64,000 nt of DNA from Gloeobacterales cyanobacterium (GCA_038245785.1 JBBRSB010000013.1:47982-111981); one strand, 5' to 3'; positions 19,540 to 30,469 are shown, numbered from the stretch's first letter. Numbers and translations are program-made. Notes: generated by a model not told the origin, from the sequence alone.

Positions 19540-20238
19540 ATGAATAAATCAATTCAATCCCCCTATACCCCAGCACAGATGAATGCCTGGATACGCGGGC
19601 TCCTAACAGTGGCCTGGATAGACGGGCGCTACTCTAACGAAGAGCAAGAGTTGATTAAAGATTGGATGAATGAAGAATCCATTCATGTCGATGAAACCAT
19701 AGAGCCCATTACTCCTGTCGAATTAGCGACTGCGTTAGGTAGAGACAAATACATTACAGAGGACTTTTTGAGAACAGCTGTTATGGTCGCCCTAGCAGAC
19801 GGCCTTTACTCCGCTGTTGAAGATGACTTACTGCATAGCTTTTGTATGGCTTTAGGACAAAAAGTGGAAGCATTTGAGGCTTTGAGAATGACTTTGGTTG
19901 ATGAGGCAGTGATGTTACCAAAAGCTGAACCAAAAATGGAAACTTTATCTCCTACGGTGGTTACCGTTAAGGTTCCTCTCGTAGATCCTTTGAGACCAAT
20001 CCGGGTGTGGTTGGACCAATTAGAAATCCATGACCCGAAATTGGCACGGTTTTTATGTCGGATGATCCCCGCTCAGTGTCCTTTTGAACGAGATGTCGTT
20101 TTGTTCGGGCGTAAGGTAATACATATTCCCGCTATGTGCGAGTTGAATCCGCTCTATGAGCAGACAGTGGGTTTACGTTTCCGGGCCATGTGCTACCTGG
20201 CGGATACCTGCGGCGAAGATGTTTCTCCCTACTGTTGA
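19540..20238 (+). CDS. TerB-like plus Mo-dependent nitrogenase C-terminal domain protein
   Basis: WIRGLL.VAW.DG, LC..IP.QCPFERD, IP.MC.LNPLYEQ.VGLRFRA..YLAD. Confidence 0.88.
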   Translation: MNKSIQSPYTPAQMNAWIRGLLTVAWIDGRYSNEEQELIKDWMNEESIHVDETIEPITPVELATALGRDKYITEDFLRTAVMVALADGLYSAVEDDLLHSFCMALGQKVEAFEALRMTLVDEAVMLPKAEPKMETLSPTVVTVKVPLVDPLRPIRVWLDQLEIHDPKLARFLCRMIPAQCPFERDVVLFGRKVIHIPAMCELNPLYEQTVGLRFRAMCYLADTCGEDVSPYC

Positions 20239-20243
20239 AAATT

Positions 20244-21758
20244 CTAAGGGAGGGAGCAAGCCCTACGGGTTTGCTCAAACTGGGGATCTTGCCAAGAATA
20301 GGCAAAATGGCTAACCATCTTGATCTGGGGGGCGGCTTGATGAATGGCATTCATCTGGTCTTCTAACGTCGGTCGATTTCCCGCCATAACTTTTCCCCAT
20401 TGGCCTGCCAGGGCTGGAATCACTTGGGTCCCCTGAGGAGCTTCTTTGAGGACTGTTTGCACTTGGTTCACAATGCAGTTGGTGTTTCCACACAAGGCGT
20501 AGGCCATTGTGTGCCACTCCAGAGAGGAAGGAAAGTAATGCCAAGGTTGCATCCGCGAATCAAATCCTCGTCCGACGCTCCGATTGCCATCGGAGAAAAA
20601 GACAGCTCCTGTGGCGATCCCCTGCTGCTGGGCCGGCTGCGCCGCTGCTGCAAGAAAATCAGTTACCCCTTGGTAGGCGTGGGCCGCACTCAAAATCCAA
20701 AGGTCTTGTAATAGCTGTGCCCGAGATACTGAACCAGAAGGTTTGCGGTTTTGCCATAGAGGTTCAGATTCATTGGGATAAAGCTGATTTACCTCTGCTA
20801 TATCGCTGGCCGTTATCGTTCCTCGATCCACATAGCGGCGGATAAGTTCAAGTCCCTTGTAGTTCAGGGCTCGTTGGAGGAGCGTTTGCTTGGATGCTTC
20901 GCTGAAGACCCAGAGGTCTTTTACCTTAGTGGCAATAGAAGCTGAACCGGACTGGCGGGGATAACGGATGTAGTCGAACAACATCCCATCAGGCTTTCTT
21001 TGGGCTACGGCTTGAACCAATTGCTGATAGTCTTGTCTCGCCTGGATATTGTAGGGGTCAATAAAGGCTTTATCGAGTTCGAGGGTGCTGAGGTCTGTGT
21101 TGAGACTAATGTCTTGACCGATATCCAAGCTCGTCTGACCGCGCCCATTACGGGCCAGAACCGTCTGTTTTTCTGGTCTTTGAGCGTAGTTTGCCCCGAA
21201 ATTCATGGAAAAAAGCCATGCATATATCTTGAGCCCCCGCTCATGGCCTTTCTGAACAGCTTGAGCGAGTAAGTCTTCTCCGGAGCGGACTACGGGAGTC
21301 CAAACGGTTGGATTATTGGTTCCGGGTAAGAGCACCTGCCCATCGTAAAAGACCTCAATGTAAACTCGGTTATAACCTTTGTTCGCGATCCGGTCCATAA
21401 GGTCATCGAGTACACCTGCCTTGATATCGCAGGGATGAAGTCTAAGCCATATTGCTTGCACTTGAGGCCAGGTTTGGCTACGGCACTGGCGTAAGGTTTC
21501 TGCATCTTGAGCAATTGCTGCTTGATATTGGCTTTGAGCGGCGGGGTCACCCTGGAGGGATGCTTTGCGGAAGCTTTCCTTCTGAGCGGCTACCTGTTCT
21601 GAAGCACGGCAATAGAGAGTCGGTTGAGGTTGCAGGGGGGCCTGGTCACGAGCAAAAGCTGGGGCAGAAAGTAAACTTATCGCGCCAGCAGTCAGCATAA
21701 ATAAGGGGAGCTTAAGTTTGAATAGGCTATTTTTCAAAATGGAGGACGGAAATTTCAC
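20244..21758 (-). CDS. Glycoside hydrolase-like family 10 (GHL10) protein
   Basis: Signal peptide, EVFYDGQVLLP, YAWLF, FDYIRYP and SHFAYSWQ. Confidence 0.75.
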   Translation of the reverse strand: MKFPSSILKNSLFKLKLPLFMLTAGAISLLSAPAFARDQAPLQPQPTLYCRASEQVAAQKESFRKASLQGDPAAQSQYQAAIAQDAETLRQCRSQTWPQVQAIWLRLHPCDIKAGVLDDLMDRIANKGYNRVYIEVFYDGQVLLPGTNNPTVWTPVVRSGEDLLAQAVQKGHERGLKIYAWLFSMNFGANYAQRPEKQTVLARNGRGQTSLDIGQDISLNTDLSTLELDKAFIDPYNIQARQDYQQLVQAVAQRKPDGMLFDYIRYPRQSGSASIATKVKDLWVFSEASKQTLLQRALNYKGLELIRRYVDRGTITASDIAEVNQLYPNESEPLWQNRKPSGSVSRAQLLQDLWILSAAHAYQGVTDFLAAAAQPAQQQGIATGAVFFSDGNRSVGRGFDSRMQPWHYFPSSLEWHTMAYALCGNTNCIVNQVQTVLKEAPQGTQVIPALAGQWGKVMAGNRPTLEDQMNAIHQAAPQIKMVSHFAYSWQDPQFEQTRRACSLP

Positions 21759-21925
21759 AGAATTCTATCCTTATTCAGGCTTGCAACCATAGACATTAAA
21801 ATCCCCAACTACTCTTCCCAGTCTGCAGACTCAGCATAAATCCAATTGTTCCAGAAGGTATGTATTAGTGAAAACCTGCGGGCAATGAGAAAAGTTCCTG
21901 AGCCTCTCTTTAACTGTTCCCATCT

Positions 21926-22468
21926 CTAGGCTGATTGCAAGGACACAGGCACCATAATCATCAAATCTTTATCGACGATTACTTTGACTGTCGCATGACT
22001 TGGGATAGTGGGGGATAAGTCTAAAAATTCAGTAACAGCCTTGAGTATAGTCAGCAGCGTTTCTTGGTCTACTTGGTCGACCGGAAAATAGTCCGCTTTC
22101 ACAGCTGAGGCAAACAACGGATAAAGACCCTGGTCATGGTCAGAAGGAGGCAGGCGATGACTCTGAAAAAACTGAGGAAGCCCCTGGCTGATTTCTGCTT
22201 CAAATCCATAGGCTAAGAGGATATGGGTGTAATCGTCTTCGTTTGTAATTTGGATTTGGCGTTGGGCTGGAAAAGTAACCTGATACGTTGCTGAAGATAA
22301 AGTCACGGTCAGCGAATGTGCTGGTGAAATTTTTTCCCAAGGCTGCTGCTGCCAGAGCTTTTTGGCCCGCATGAACCATGGGCGCAAGGTTCGAGGGTCT
22401 TCTACGTTTGGATGGCCCAGGCCTGCAAACCGCAGACGGGAAATGGCTTGAAGAAGTTCGGGACTCAT
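21926..22468 (-). CDS. Hypothetical protein
   Basis: 180-aa ORF translationally coupled to lgt (4-bp overlap). Confidence 0.6.
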   Translation of the reverse strand: MSPELLQAISRLRFAGLGHPNVEDPRTLRPWFMRAKKLWQQQPWEKISPAHSLTVTLSSATYQVTFPAQRQIQITNEDDYTHILLAYGFEAEISQGLPQFFQSHRLPPSDHDQGLYPLFASAVKADYFPVDQVDQETLLTILKAVTEFLDLSPTIPSHATVKVIVDKDLMIMVPVSLQSA

Positions 22469-23286
22469 AGGGATTCAGAAGCTCTACGGGGTTGACGATT
22501 GAACCACCACCAGCCGAATAGCCCCAAGGCCACAAACAATAAACTCACCACCTGCGCTATCCGGAGCGGACCCAAATAAAGAGAATCGGTTCGCAGCCCT
22601 TCAATCCAGAAGCGACCGATGCCATAGAGGACGGCATAAGTAGCGGTAATCGTCCCTGTTCCCCAGTGGGGAAATTTCTTGAACAACCACAACAGAATGC
22701 TCATCACCATCAGGTTCCACAAGGATTCATAGAGAAAAGTGGGATGGAAATAATCGTAGGCAACGAAGGCTGCAGGACGAGAATCCGGAGGGATAAAGAG
22801 CTTCCAGGGCAAGTCAGTCGGTACGCCAAACGCCTCTGAATTGAAAAAGTTGCCCCATCGCCCTACAGCTTGCCCTAAAGCCAAGGCGGGCGCACAGATA
22901 TCCGTTAACTTCCAGAAGGCCGTCTCTGTTTTCTTAGCAAATAGATAGGCGGCGAGGAGCCCACCTAAAATCGCTCCATGAATGGCAATACCGCCTTCCC
23001 AGATGGCAAAAACTTTCCACCAAGGACCCTGAGCATAGCGTTCCCATTCGAAAAGGACATAGTACAGGCGGGCACAGGGAATCGCTCCCACCACCAACCA
23101 GACGACAAGATCGGCTATTTTTTCGGGGTCTTCATTTCTTTCTTTTGCTAAATACTGGGCAAGGAGCGTGCCGAGAATGATCCCGGTAATGATCATCACG
23201 CTGTACCAGCGGATAGTCAGAGGACCTGCTTGAAAGATGATCGGACCTGGAGATTGCCAGCCTAGAAATATCGGAAAAAATTCCAC
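22465..23286 (-). CDS. lgt: Prolipoprotein diacylglyceryl transferase
   Basis: IRWY, ARLYYV, WEGGIAIHG, GRWGNFFN.EAFG, HPTFLYE and RF.IE.LR. Confidence 0.96.
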   Translation of the reverse strand: MEFFPIFLGWQSPGPIIFQAGPLTIRWYSVMIITGIILGTLLAQYLAKERNEDPEKIADLVVWLVVGAIPCARLYYVLFEWERYAQGPWWKVFAIWEGGIAIHGAILGGLLAAYLFAKKTETAFWKLTDICAPALALGQAVGRWGNFFNSEAFGVPTDLPWKLFIPPDSRPAAFVAYDYFHPTFLYESLWNLMVMSILLWLFKKFPHWGTGTITATYAVLYGIGRFWIEGLRTDSLYLGPLRIAQVVSLLFVALGLFGWWWFNRQPRRASESL

Positions 23287-23322
23287 TCAGTTTTCCTTTA
23301 TTACAAACCCACTATAGAGAAA

Positions 23323-23595
23323 TCAAGCCCAGTCCTCTCGTCGGGAAGAATCTCCCCGATAGACAGGGGTTTCCCAGTGAATATGGCGGGTCTTGGCAAA
23401 GAGAGTTTCTTCAGAATAACCCCAGCGCGCCATCAGGTCTTTAAGCTGACTTTGGATATCCTCAGCGCCATCGAAACCTTGATAGCGGATAGTCAGTCGA
23501 GCAAGCTCTACCAAGTGTCGGTCTTCGGGTTCACTGCTGAGCAGCTGATTGACCAGTTGGCGGTCGCGATGCTCTTGGGGATGGACAAGGGACAT
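23323..23595 (-). CDS. DUF3288 family protein
   Basis: HPQ...DR..V..LL, ELARL.IRY.GF.GA.DIQ and LF.KTR.IH. Confidence 0.85.
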   Translation of the reverse strand: MSLVHPQEHRDRQLVNQLLSSEPEDRHLVELARLTIRYQGFDGAEDIQSQLKDLMARWGYSEETLFAKTRHIHWETPVYRGDSSRREDWA

Positions 23596-23602
23596 AGGAA
23601 CG

Positions 23603-24652
23603 CTAGATAAGGGCTTTCGGGATAAACATAGCATCTCCAAAGGAATAAAACCGATAGCCCCGGTTGAGTGCTTCTTGATAGGTCGCCAATAAGTTTTCGC
23701 GACCGACGAGCGCACTCACCAACATTAAAAGAGAAGAGCGCGGTAGATGAAAATTGGTAATCAAGCCATCGACTACTTGCCACTGATAGCCGGGATAAAT
23801 AAATAAATCAGCATAGCCCTGCCACGCAGACTGTCCTTGGGTGGCATGAGCCCAGGCTTCCAAGGCACGGGCTACCGTTGTCCCACAAGCTATTACTCGT
23901 TTCGCTTTTTGGATAGCCTCGACCGTGGCTTGAGGAATTTCTACCCATTCCTGATGCATGACGTGGTCCGTGATGCACTCCGTGGCAACGGGCCGAAAAG
24001 TTCCTAAGCCTACATGCAGAGTAATTTGGGCAACGGGAACGGTCAGCTTTTCTAATAATTCCTGGGTAAAGTGCAGTCCTGCCGTCGGAGCAGCCACTGC
24101 CCCTGGTTGCGAGGCCCAGAGGGTTTGGTAACGGTCAGCGGGAGCCTGAGATTCCGTGATGTAGGGAGGAAGCGGAACGTGACCGACCTCGTCCAGAACC
24201 TCATAGAAGCTACGGTCGCTTGGATAGCTAAACTCAATAATCCGCCCTCCGGTGACGCTATCCTTCTCAAGAATCTCAGCGGTGAGTAATCCATCGCCAA
24301 AGTGGACCTTGGCTCCAGGCAGTAATCTTTTCCCTGGACGGACTAAGGCTTTCCAGCGATTTCCCCTCAAGGGGCCCAGTGGAGCCAGTAGCAGGAGTTC
24401 TATAGCAGCTCCCGTACTCTTATGACCCAAGAGCCGTGCGGGGATCACCTTAGTATTGTTCAGCACTAAGAGGTCTCCGGGTTCGAGCAAGGCACTCAGT
24501 TCATAGAAATAGCGATGCTCCAGGTTGTTTTGTCCAAGAACCAGAAGACGACTGTGGTCTCTAGGTTCCACGGGATGCTGGGCAATGGCACTAGCGGGGA
24601 GCTGGTAGTCGTAGTTCGCCGTATGGAGGTCTGCTGAATCGGGTGAAAGCAT
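23603..24652 (-). CDS. queA: S-adenosylmethionine:tRNA ribosyltransferase-isomerase
   Basis: IAQ.P...RD.SRLL, PLPPYI, AVAAPTAGLHF, TLHVG.GTF, TNFHLP and YRFYSFGDAM. Confidence 0.97.
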   Translation of the reverse strand: MLSPDSADLHTANYDYQLPASAIAQHPVEPRDHSRLLVLGQNNLEHRYFYELSALLEPGDLLVLNNTKVIPARLLGHKSTGAAIELLLLAPLGPLRGNRWKALVRPGKRLLPGAKVHFGDGLLTAEILEKDSVTGGRIIEFSYPSDRSFYEVLDEVGHVPLPPYITESQAPADRYQTLWASQPGAVAAPTAGLHFTQELLEKLTVPVAQITLHVGLGTFRPVATECITDHVMHQEWVEIPQATVEAIQKAKRVIACGTTVARALEAWAHATQGQSAWQGYADLFIYPGYQWQVVDGLITNFHLPRSSLLMLVSALVGRENLLATYQEALNRGYRFYSFGDAMFIPKALI

Positions 24653-24655
24653 AGA

Positions 24656-25867
24656 TTAGAACAAGCTTGTTTCTACAGGGACACGGCCTAGAATTTCATC
24701 GTAGAGCTTGGCCAAAGTATCGATATTCTTGCCAAGGGTATAGCGGTCTATTACTCTCGCTCTCGCTTTTTCTCCCAGGATTTTAATAAACTCTGGATGC
24801 TCTACAAAAAGAGGAATCAAGGTGCGTAGTTGAGCCTGGACTTGATAGGGCTGGACCATAATGCCTGCGCCTCCCGCCAAAACTTCGCCATCGGCACCGA
24901 CATCCGTAGCAACTACCGCTAGACCACAGGCCATGGCTTCCAAGAGCGATATGGAAAGCCCTTCGACAAGAGAAGGTAAGACGAAAACATCGGCACCCCG
25001 TAACACCCAAAGCCGTTCTTCCTCAGAAGCAACAAAGCCAAGCCAGATAATGCCATCTTCTTCGGTATAAAAGTTTTGTAAGAGGGGACGCTGAGGACCA
25101 TCTCCCATGATCACCAACTTGTGTTGGAGATTCATCGAATTGGGATAGTGGCCATCGATCAAATCCCTACAGGATTTCCAGGCTTTGAGCATCGGTTCCA
25201 GGTTCTTCTCCACAGAAACCCGACCCATATAAACGAACAGACGGTCCGCTTCAAAATGCGATTTTGCATTGGAAAGCCCCGGACTATATTTTTCGACATC
25301 CACGCCATTGGGAATGACTACGATCCGCGCCGAGGAAACGCCCATCTTGCTCAGAATCTCTTTCTGCAACTGTGAAAATACAATCACTCTCTGATAGGCA
25401 GCAAGACAGGGCGCATAAAGCTGGTACATCAAATATTGAGTATTGGCAGCAAAGTTGTTACGCCGACGGTCAAAGGCTGGATGAAACGTTGCTACAAGAG
25501 GTAACCCCAATTCTTCACAAATTTCTGGCAGGACAAAATCTAGGGGAGACAGGGTAAGTGAAGCATGAACGACGTCAGGTTTCAGATCTCTTAGAGAATC
25601 TGTGAGCACTTTGCGCGCTTTCAAGCTCGGCAAGGTATAAACCTGAGAGCGGTAGAGAAAAGGTAAGGGAACCTCTTCCGGTAGGGGACTACCGCTACGG
25701 ACAGGTTGAGATAAAAATGTTTGCTCTTCTAATTCCTCTTCTTGGGCAAAGTGTAGAAAGCTAACACGATGGCCCATATGTGTCAGATGGTTGGTCACTT
25801 CTCGGCTGTAGGTGACATTGCCGCAAAAAGGGGATTTTTTACCTAACCAAGCAATGTGCAGGGTCAT
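24656..25867 (-). CDS. Glycosyltransferase family 4
   Basis: GKKSPFCGNVTY, IPNGVD, GR...EKN and PSLVEGLSISLLEAMACG. Confidence 0.92.
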   Translation of the reverse strand: MTLHIAWLGKKSPFCGNVTYSREVTNHLTHMGHRVSFLHFAQEEELEEQTFLSQPVRSGSPLPEEVPLPFLYRSQVYTLPSLKARKVLTDSLRDLKPDVVHASLTLSPLDFVLPEICEELGLPLVATFHPAFDRRRNNFAANTQYLMYQLYAPCLAAYQRVIVFSQLQKEILSKMGVSSARIVVIPNGVDVEKYSPGLSNAKSHFEADRLFVYMGRVSVEKNLEPMLKAWKSCRDLIDGHYPNSMNLQHKLVIMGDGPQRPLLQNFYTEEDGIIWLGFVASEEERLWVLRGADVFVLPSLVEGLSISLLEAMACGLAVVATDVGADGEVLAGGAGIMVQPYQVQAQLRTLIPLFVEHPEFIKILGEKARARVIDRYTLGKNIDTLAKLYDEILGRVPVETSLF

Positions 25868-25954
25868 AAAAGCATGGCCTGAAGACCCATCTAGTGTACA
25901 GGATCCATCCCGAACACTGATGGATTCTCAATACCTACCTACTGAACAGATTCA

Positions 25955-26356
25955 CTAAACCGAAGATCCACAGAAAGCACATTTCTTGGCTGCAAGTGGA
26001 ATATCACTCAGGCATTCTGGGCAAGGGCGCGTGGTTGCAGCCGCAGCAGGTTGTTCTTTCTTGCTCCGTTCTACCAGACTATTGATCGGCAGAACAACAA
26101 AGTAGTAGACCACAGCAGCAATGATGGCGAATGCAATCAAGGAATTGATGAATTCGCCATAGGTAAACTTGCTGTTGTTGACGGTGAAACTGAGTGCTGA
26201 AAAATCGGGCTGACCACCGATAGCTGCAATTAGAGGAGTGATCAAACTTTTTACAAGAGAATCAACTACTTTGCCAAAAGATGCGCCAATAATGACACCG
26301 ACGGCTAAATCAACAACATTTCCTCTAAGAAGAAACTCTTTAAACCCACCAGCCAT
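25955..26356 (-). CDS. mscL: Large-conductance mechanosensitive channel with C-terminal CxxC...CxxC
   Basis: FKEFLLRGNVVDLAVGVIIG and YG.FI; tail CPEC...CAFC. Confidence 0.95.
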   Translation of the reverse strand: MAGGFKEFLLRGNVVDLAVGVIIGASFGKVVDSLVKSLITPLIAAIGGQPDFSALSFTVNNSKFTYGEFINSLIAFAIIAAVVYYFVVLPINSLVERSKKEQPAAAATTRPCPECLSDIPLAAKKCAFCGSSV

Positions 26357-26554
26357 ACTATGCTCCTTGTTAAAGTTTTTCGGACGTTTTCTGTACTTAC
26401 TTGTTTTACGTCCCTAACGGTCGTAATTTAGCCATAACCATTAGGTACTGTCAAGTAATTTATCACCGAGAAATTAAGGATATCTTCCTGAGAATTTGTA
26501 TTCATGAAGACAGAGCAGAGTATATATTTTCTAAGCTGGAAACGTGCATAGAAG

Positions 26555-27811
26555 CTAATTAATTTTCGCTAGCCGAGTCTTTTGGGAGATAAAAGCAGCT
26601 CCTAGAGAAACTGCACCAAGTCCCAGTATTACGGGCTGCAAGCCAAATAAATCAACTGCGATTCCCGCTAGAGCCATCGGGACCGTCGAAGCGATATTGA
26701 CTACATTATTTTGCAGACCAAAGACTTTACCTCTCAGGTCTTCTGGTGTTTCTTCCTGAATGGCTGTTTGCATAGGAGCCATCACGAGCGAAGCGGCACT
26801 ACCCATCAAAACACACAAAGCGAGTACGGCCCAAACATTACTTACAAAAGCAATGCAACCCAAGGTAAAGGCAATGACTAAAGAGCCCGTTGCTGCTAAT
26901 CGACTGCGGGCGAAGCGCTGTCCATAGCGGCCTAATCCCCACGTTCCGAGGGCAAAACCAACGGCTGTAGCTGCTAGCAGAAAACCGAACTGTTCATCCT
27001 GCAAACCCAGCTTTTTGGTCAATCTAATAGACAAAATATTTAAAGCAGCAAGTAGTGAATAGAGAACAAGCAATTGAACAAGGGCAGCTTGAACAATCTT
27101 ATTTCCTCGAATGTAGTCTAAGCCTTCTTTTAAGTCAGCCCATGGAGAAGTCTGCTCTTCTGCTTGATTGTTGCCCTCACCCGTTCTGACCAAAGCCAAA
27201 ATCAAACCTGAAAGTAAATAAGCGCCACCGACTAACCAATGTCCATGATCTGCACCACCCACTAAAGCTAAAGCTGGAGCACCAAGCGCAAAACCAAAAA
27301 CAATGGAACCAGACATCGTGGCCGTGAACAGGGAGTTGCCAATCAGTAAATATTTGCGCGGAAGAATGAGCGGGATCGCTGAAGTCTCGGCTGGGGCAAA
27401 AAATTGGGTGAGGGTTGAGACCAAAAAAGTTATAAGCAATATGTAGGCAAAGGAATCGGGCAACAAGGGTAAAAGTAAGACCAAGATGCCGCGCAAAATA
27501 TTAGAGAATACCAATACATTTTTCTTAGACCAGCGGTCCACAAAGACGCCAGCAAGAGAGCCAAAAAGAATGGCTGGCATACTATGAGCGACAAAGAATG
27601 CGGACTGCAAAGAAGCCCCTGCCTCTTTGAAATGTGCAGCCATCAAAGCTACGGCAAGAACGATAAAAACTTTATCGGGCAACTGAGAAAAGATCTGCCC
27701 TACCCATAGGTAAAGGAAATCACGGTTCTTCAGAACATCTCCAAAGCTAGGAACTTTGGTATCTTCCGAGAGCGTTTCTGGTGGAGGAGATTTCTTACGG
27801 GTTTGGGCCAT
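26555..27811 (-). CDS. MFS transporter
   Basis: About 12 TM segments, GVFVDRWSKK, QFFAPAE and RGKVFGLQNN. Confidence 0.9.
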   Translation of the reverse strand: MAQTRKKSPPPETLSEDTKVPSFGDVLKNRDFLYLWVGQIFSQLPDKVFIVLAVALMAAHFKEAGASLQSAFFVAHSMPAILFGSLAGVFVDRWSKKNVLVFSNILRGILVLLLPLLPDSFAYILLITFLVSTLTQFFAPAETSAIPLILPRKYLLIGNSLFTATMSGSIVFGFALGAPALALVGGADHGHWLVGGAYLLSGLILALVRTGEGNNQAEEQTSPWADLKEGLDYIRGNKIVQAALVQLLVLYSLLAALNILSIRLTKKLGLQDEQFGFLLAATAVGFALGTWGLGRYGQRFARSRLAATGSLVIAFTLGCIAFVSNVWAVLALCVLMGSAASLVMAPMQTAIQEETPEDLRGKVFGLQNNVVNIASTVPMALAGIAVDLFGLQPVILGLGAVSLGAAFISQKTRLAKIN

Positions 27812-27841
27812 ACCTGTTATGTTACCTTTTCGCTTGTCCGT

Positions 27842-28600
27842 CTAGGAAACGCAGGGACTAGTAAGCCAGAAGGTTTCTAATAGTTGAGCTGAACGCAAAG
27901 AGCGCTCCAGGTGATGTTCGAGGTAGTGACGCAAGAATCTTTCTACCTGTTTCCAGACGGAATGATCCAGTTTATATTCCATCAAAGGCTTATTGGGCAG
28001 CATTTGGAGGGCTTTTATCATATTTGGGGTCAAGCGATAGAGTTCGGAGATATTGGTACTACCTTGGAGGGCCACTACACCGCCATGCTCCACGCTAAAA
28101 CCACAGAACTCTTCGTGGATCGGCTGACCGGATAGTACACAATGCGTCACATCGGGAGCGATTCCTGCCACTTGTAGGACCTGAAAAAGACTATGGACCA
28201 AGTGAGCACACATATGAGGCTCAGGAGCCGTCTCTAAAATACCCAACTGAGTTAGGAATAGATCAAATAATTCTATGTGCACTTGCCCTTGGCTTGCTTC
28301 TGCTAATACAGCCTCGGTTAAATACTGTGCGCTGGTTAAACGGGTAAGGTCCTTGCTCAAACCTGTATATAGATGCAAACTTTCTGCCTGCGTAATTCGG
28401 TCAATAGAACGGCCATGAGCAACCTGTAGGTCATTGACCACAAAAAGTTCGCTGCGGCCTCCTAATTTAGAGCGAGACTTGCGTGCCCCTTTGGCTATCA
28501 GTCTGACGACACCTTTTTCTCGGGTAAGGATATGCAGCAACCAGTCTGCTTCTCCCAAGGGCTGTCTTTTGAGATTAATCCCAACGGCTCGATATTCCAC
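27842..28600 (-). CDS. recO: DNA repair protein RecO
   Basis: LGEAD, AKGARKSRSKLGG and GRSIDRITQAE. Confidence 0.92.
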   Translation of the reverse strand: MEYRAVGINLKRQPLGEADWLLHILTREKGVVRLIAKGARKSRSKLGGRSELFVVNDLQVAHGRSIDRITQAESLHLYTGLSKDLTRLTSAQYLTEAVLAEASQGQVHIELFDLFLTQLGILETAPEPHMCAHLVHSLFQVLQVAGIAPDVTHCVLSGQPIHEEFCGFSVEHGGVVALQGSTNISELYRLTPNMIKALQMLPNKPLMEYKLDHSVWKQVERFLRHYLEHHLERSLRSAQLLETFWLTSPCVS

Positions 28601-28692
28601 AGAAGCAATCGTCCAAGCATGTAAGGTCTACAGGCAATTATGGCCTATGCAGCACCAAGACAATCGGCAAAGCTACGCTACCTATAGTGCTA

Positions 28693-28941
28693 TCAAACTT
28701 CTACACGGTACCGATTGAGGTCTATTCCCGCTTCTTTAGCCATCTTGTTGACCCCTTTTAGGGAGATGGTCTTGAGGGCTTTGGTAGAGACTTTGAGACG
28801 GACATAGCAACCCTGCTCAGGGTCCCAAATTTTCTTCCACTGCAAATTCACTTGCTGAAGTTTCTTGGTGCGACGGTGAGAGAAGGAGACAGAGAAGCCA
28901 TTGTTGGCGCGTTTTCCGGTCAGCATGCAGCGGCGGGACAT
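28693..28941 (-). CDS. rpmB: 50S ribosomal protein L28
   Basis: [31 protein letters not shown]. Confidence 0.97.
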   Translation of the reverse strand: MSRRCMLTGKRANNGFSVSFSHRRTKKLQQVNLQWKKIWDPEQGCYVRLKVSTKALKTISLKGVNKMAKEAGIDLNRYRVEV

Positions 28942-29131
28942 AAACAACTCCTGGACAAGTTAAGACTTTATCATTAGTAAAGTCTATGGATCATAGCGTA
29001 GCGAGGCTGCATGTGTCTATCCAATGAAATTTTTTCTTGCCCTTAGGATAGAGATATTGATCAGGGGATTGCCTGTGGTTGAACTCCTCTGCACGCTAAA
29101 CCGTCAGAATCTATAGGTCAGCATTCAATAA

Positions 29132-30469
29132 ATGGCTACTACTATTTCTAAAGCACTCAATCAACGCACGGTTTGGCTTATCCTTGGGCTACTGCTCCTA
29201 TCCGCAGTAGGGGTAGGAAGTTGGTTGTTCTGGCAGCAATCTCAGCAGGCAGCAGAACAGGTCAAAATTAAAACCCAAACGGCCCCTGTGGTGCGGCAAG
29301 ATGTCACGCTTAAAGTTTCAGCGTCAGGTTCGGTCAAACCGATTACGCCCGTTAACATCAGCCCAAAGCAACCGGGCCAGCTAGCCAAACTCTACTTTGA
29401 TCAGGGCAATCGCGTAAAAGCAGGACAGATTCTGGCTCGGATGGATGACACAAACCTTCAGGGACAACTGCTCCAAGCCCAGGGGAGTCTAGCTGCTGCT
29501 GAGGCTAATTTGCGTAAACTACAGGCTGGAAATCGTCCCCAGGAAATTCAGCAAGCCGCACAAAATTTACAGGAAGCCAAGGCTCAGTTCATCGGTACTC
29601 GCTCCACCTATGAAAGCAATGCTCAGCTTTTCGGCAGTGGTGCAATCAGCCGCAATGCGCTAGACAGCAGTCGCTCTCAGTATGAAGCAGCTCAAGCCCA
29701 CATCCAGTCCCTGCAACAACAACTAAGCCTGAGTCAGGCTGGGGCACGCAAAGAAGATATCGACGCAGCCCGTGCCCAAGTGCTGCAAGCGCGTGGAGCG
29801 CTGAAAACAATTCAGACCCAACTTAATGACACCGTAATCCTGGCTCCTTTCTCGGGCATTGTGACGCAGAAATATGCTGATGTTGGCGCTTTTGTCACAC
29901 CCACCACGTCTGCCAGTGCTACCACTTCGGCCACTTCATCTTCCATTCTGGCGTTAGCTAACGACTTAGAAGCGGTTGCCAATGTCTCCGAAACCGATGT
30001 CCGCAACATCTATCCTGGACAGCCTGTGGAACTACAGGTGGATGCCTATCCTGGTCGTATCTTTAAGGGGCGTGTCCGTCTCGTTGCTCCTGAGTCCGTG
30101 GTCGTTCAAAACGTCACCAGCTTTCAAGTACGGGTACGGGTCCTGGATGACACGAAAAATAAACTCAAGTCCGGCATGAACCTAACGGCTAACTTCCTGG
30201 TCGGCCAACGTAAAAATGCACTTTTAGTCCCGACGCCTGCGGTGGTCAGTGAAGCGGCGGGAACGGGAGTCTATCTTCTACAAGGTAAGGGCAAGCCTAT
30301 ATTTCATCCGATCCGAGTAGGCGCTACGGTGGGGACACAGACGGAAGTATTGAGTGGCCTCACGGTCAAGGACCGAGTATTCATCACTTCTCCTGGTAAG
30401 CGCAAGCCTAATGATAAGCCTGTCACTCCCTCACCCTTTAGCAATAGCGGTGGTCGTCCTCCTCGTTAA
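29132..30469 (+). CDS. Efflux membrane-fusion (HlyD/MacA-type) periplasmic adaptor
   Basis: N-terminal TM, lipoyl halves (VKAGQILA, APFSGIV), a long coiled coil and a beta-barrel. Confidence 0.92.
   Translation: MATTISKALNQRTVWLILGLLLLSAVGVGSWLFWQQSQQAAEQVKIKTQTAPVVRQDVTLKVSASGSVKPITPVNISPKQPGQLAKLYFDQGNRVKAGQILARMDDTNLQGQLLQAQGSLAAAEANLRKLQAGNRPQEIQQAAQNLQEAKAQFIGTRSTYESNAQLFGSGAISRNALDSSRSQYEAAQAHIQSLQQQLSLSQAGARKEDIDAARAQVLQARGALKTIQTQLNDTVILAPFSGIVTQKYADVGAFVTPTTSASATTSATSSSILALANDLEAVANVSETDVRNIYPGQPVELQVDAYPGRIFKGRVRLVAPESVVVQNVTSFQVRVRVLDDTKNKLKSGMNLTANFLVGQRKNALLVPTPAVVSEAAGTGVYLLQGKGKPIFHPIRVGATVGTQTEVLSGLTVKDRVFITSPGKRKPNDKPVTPSPFSNSGGRPPR

Noticed and set aside
19540..20238. Nitrogenase gene
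   Set aside because: The domain name is a misnomer for a common cyanobacterial family; no nif genes are present.
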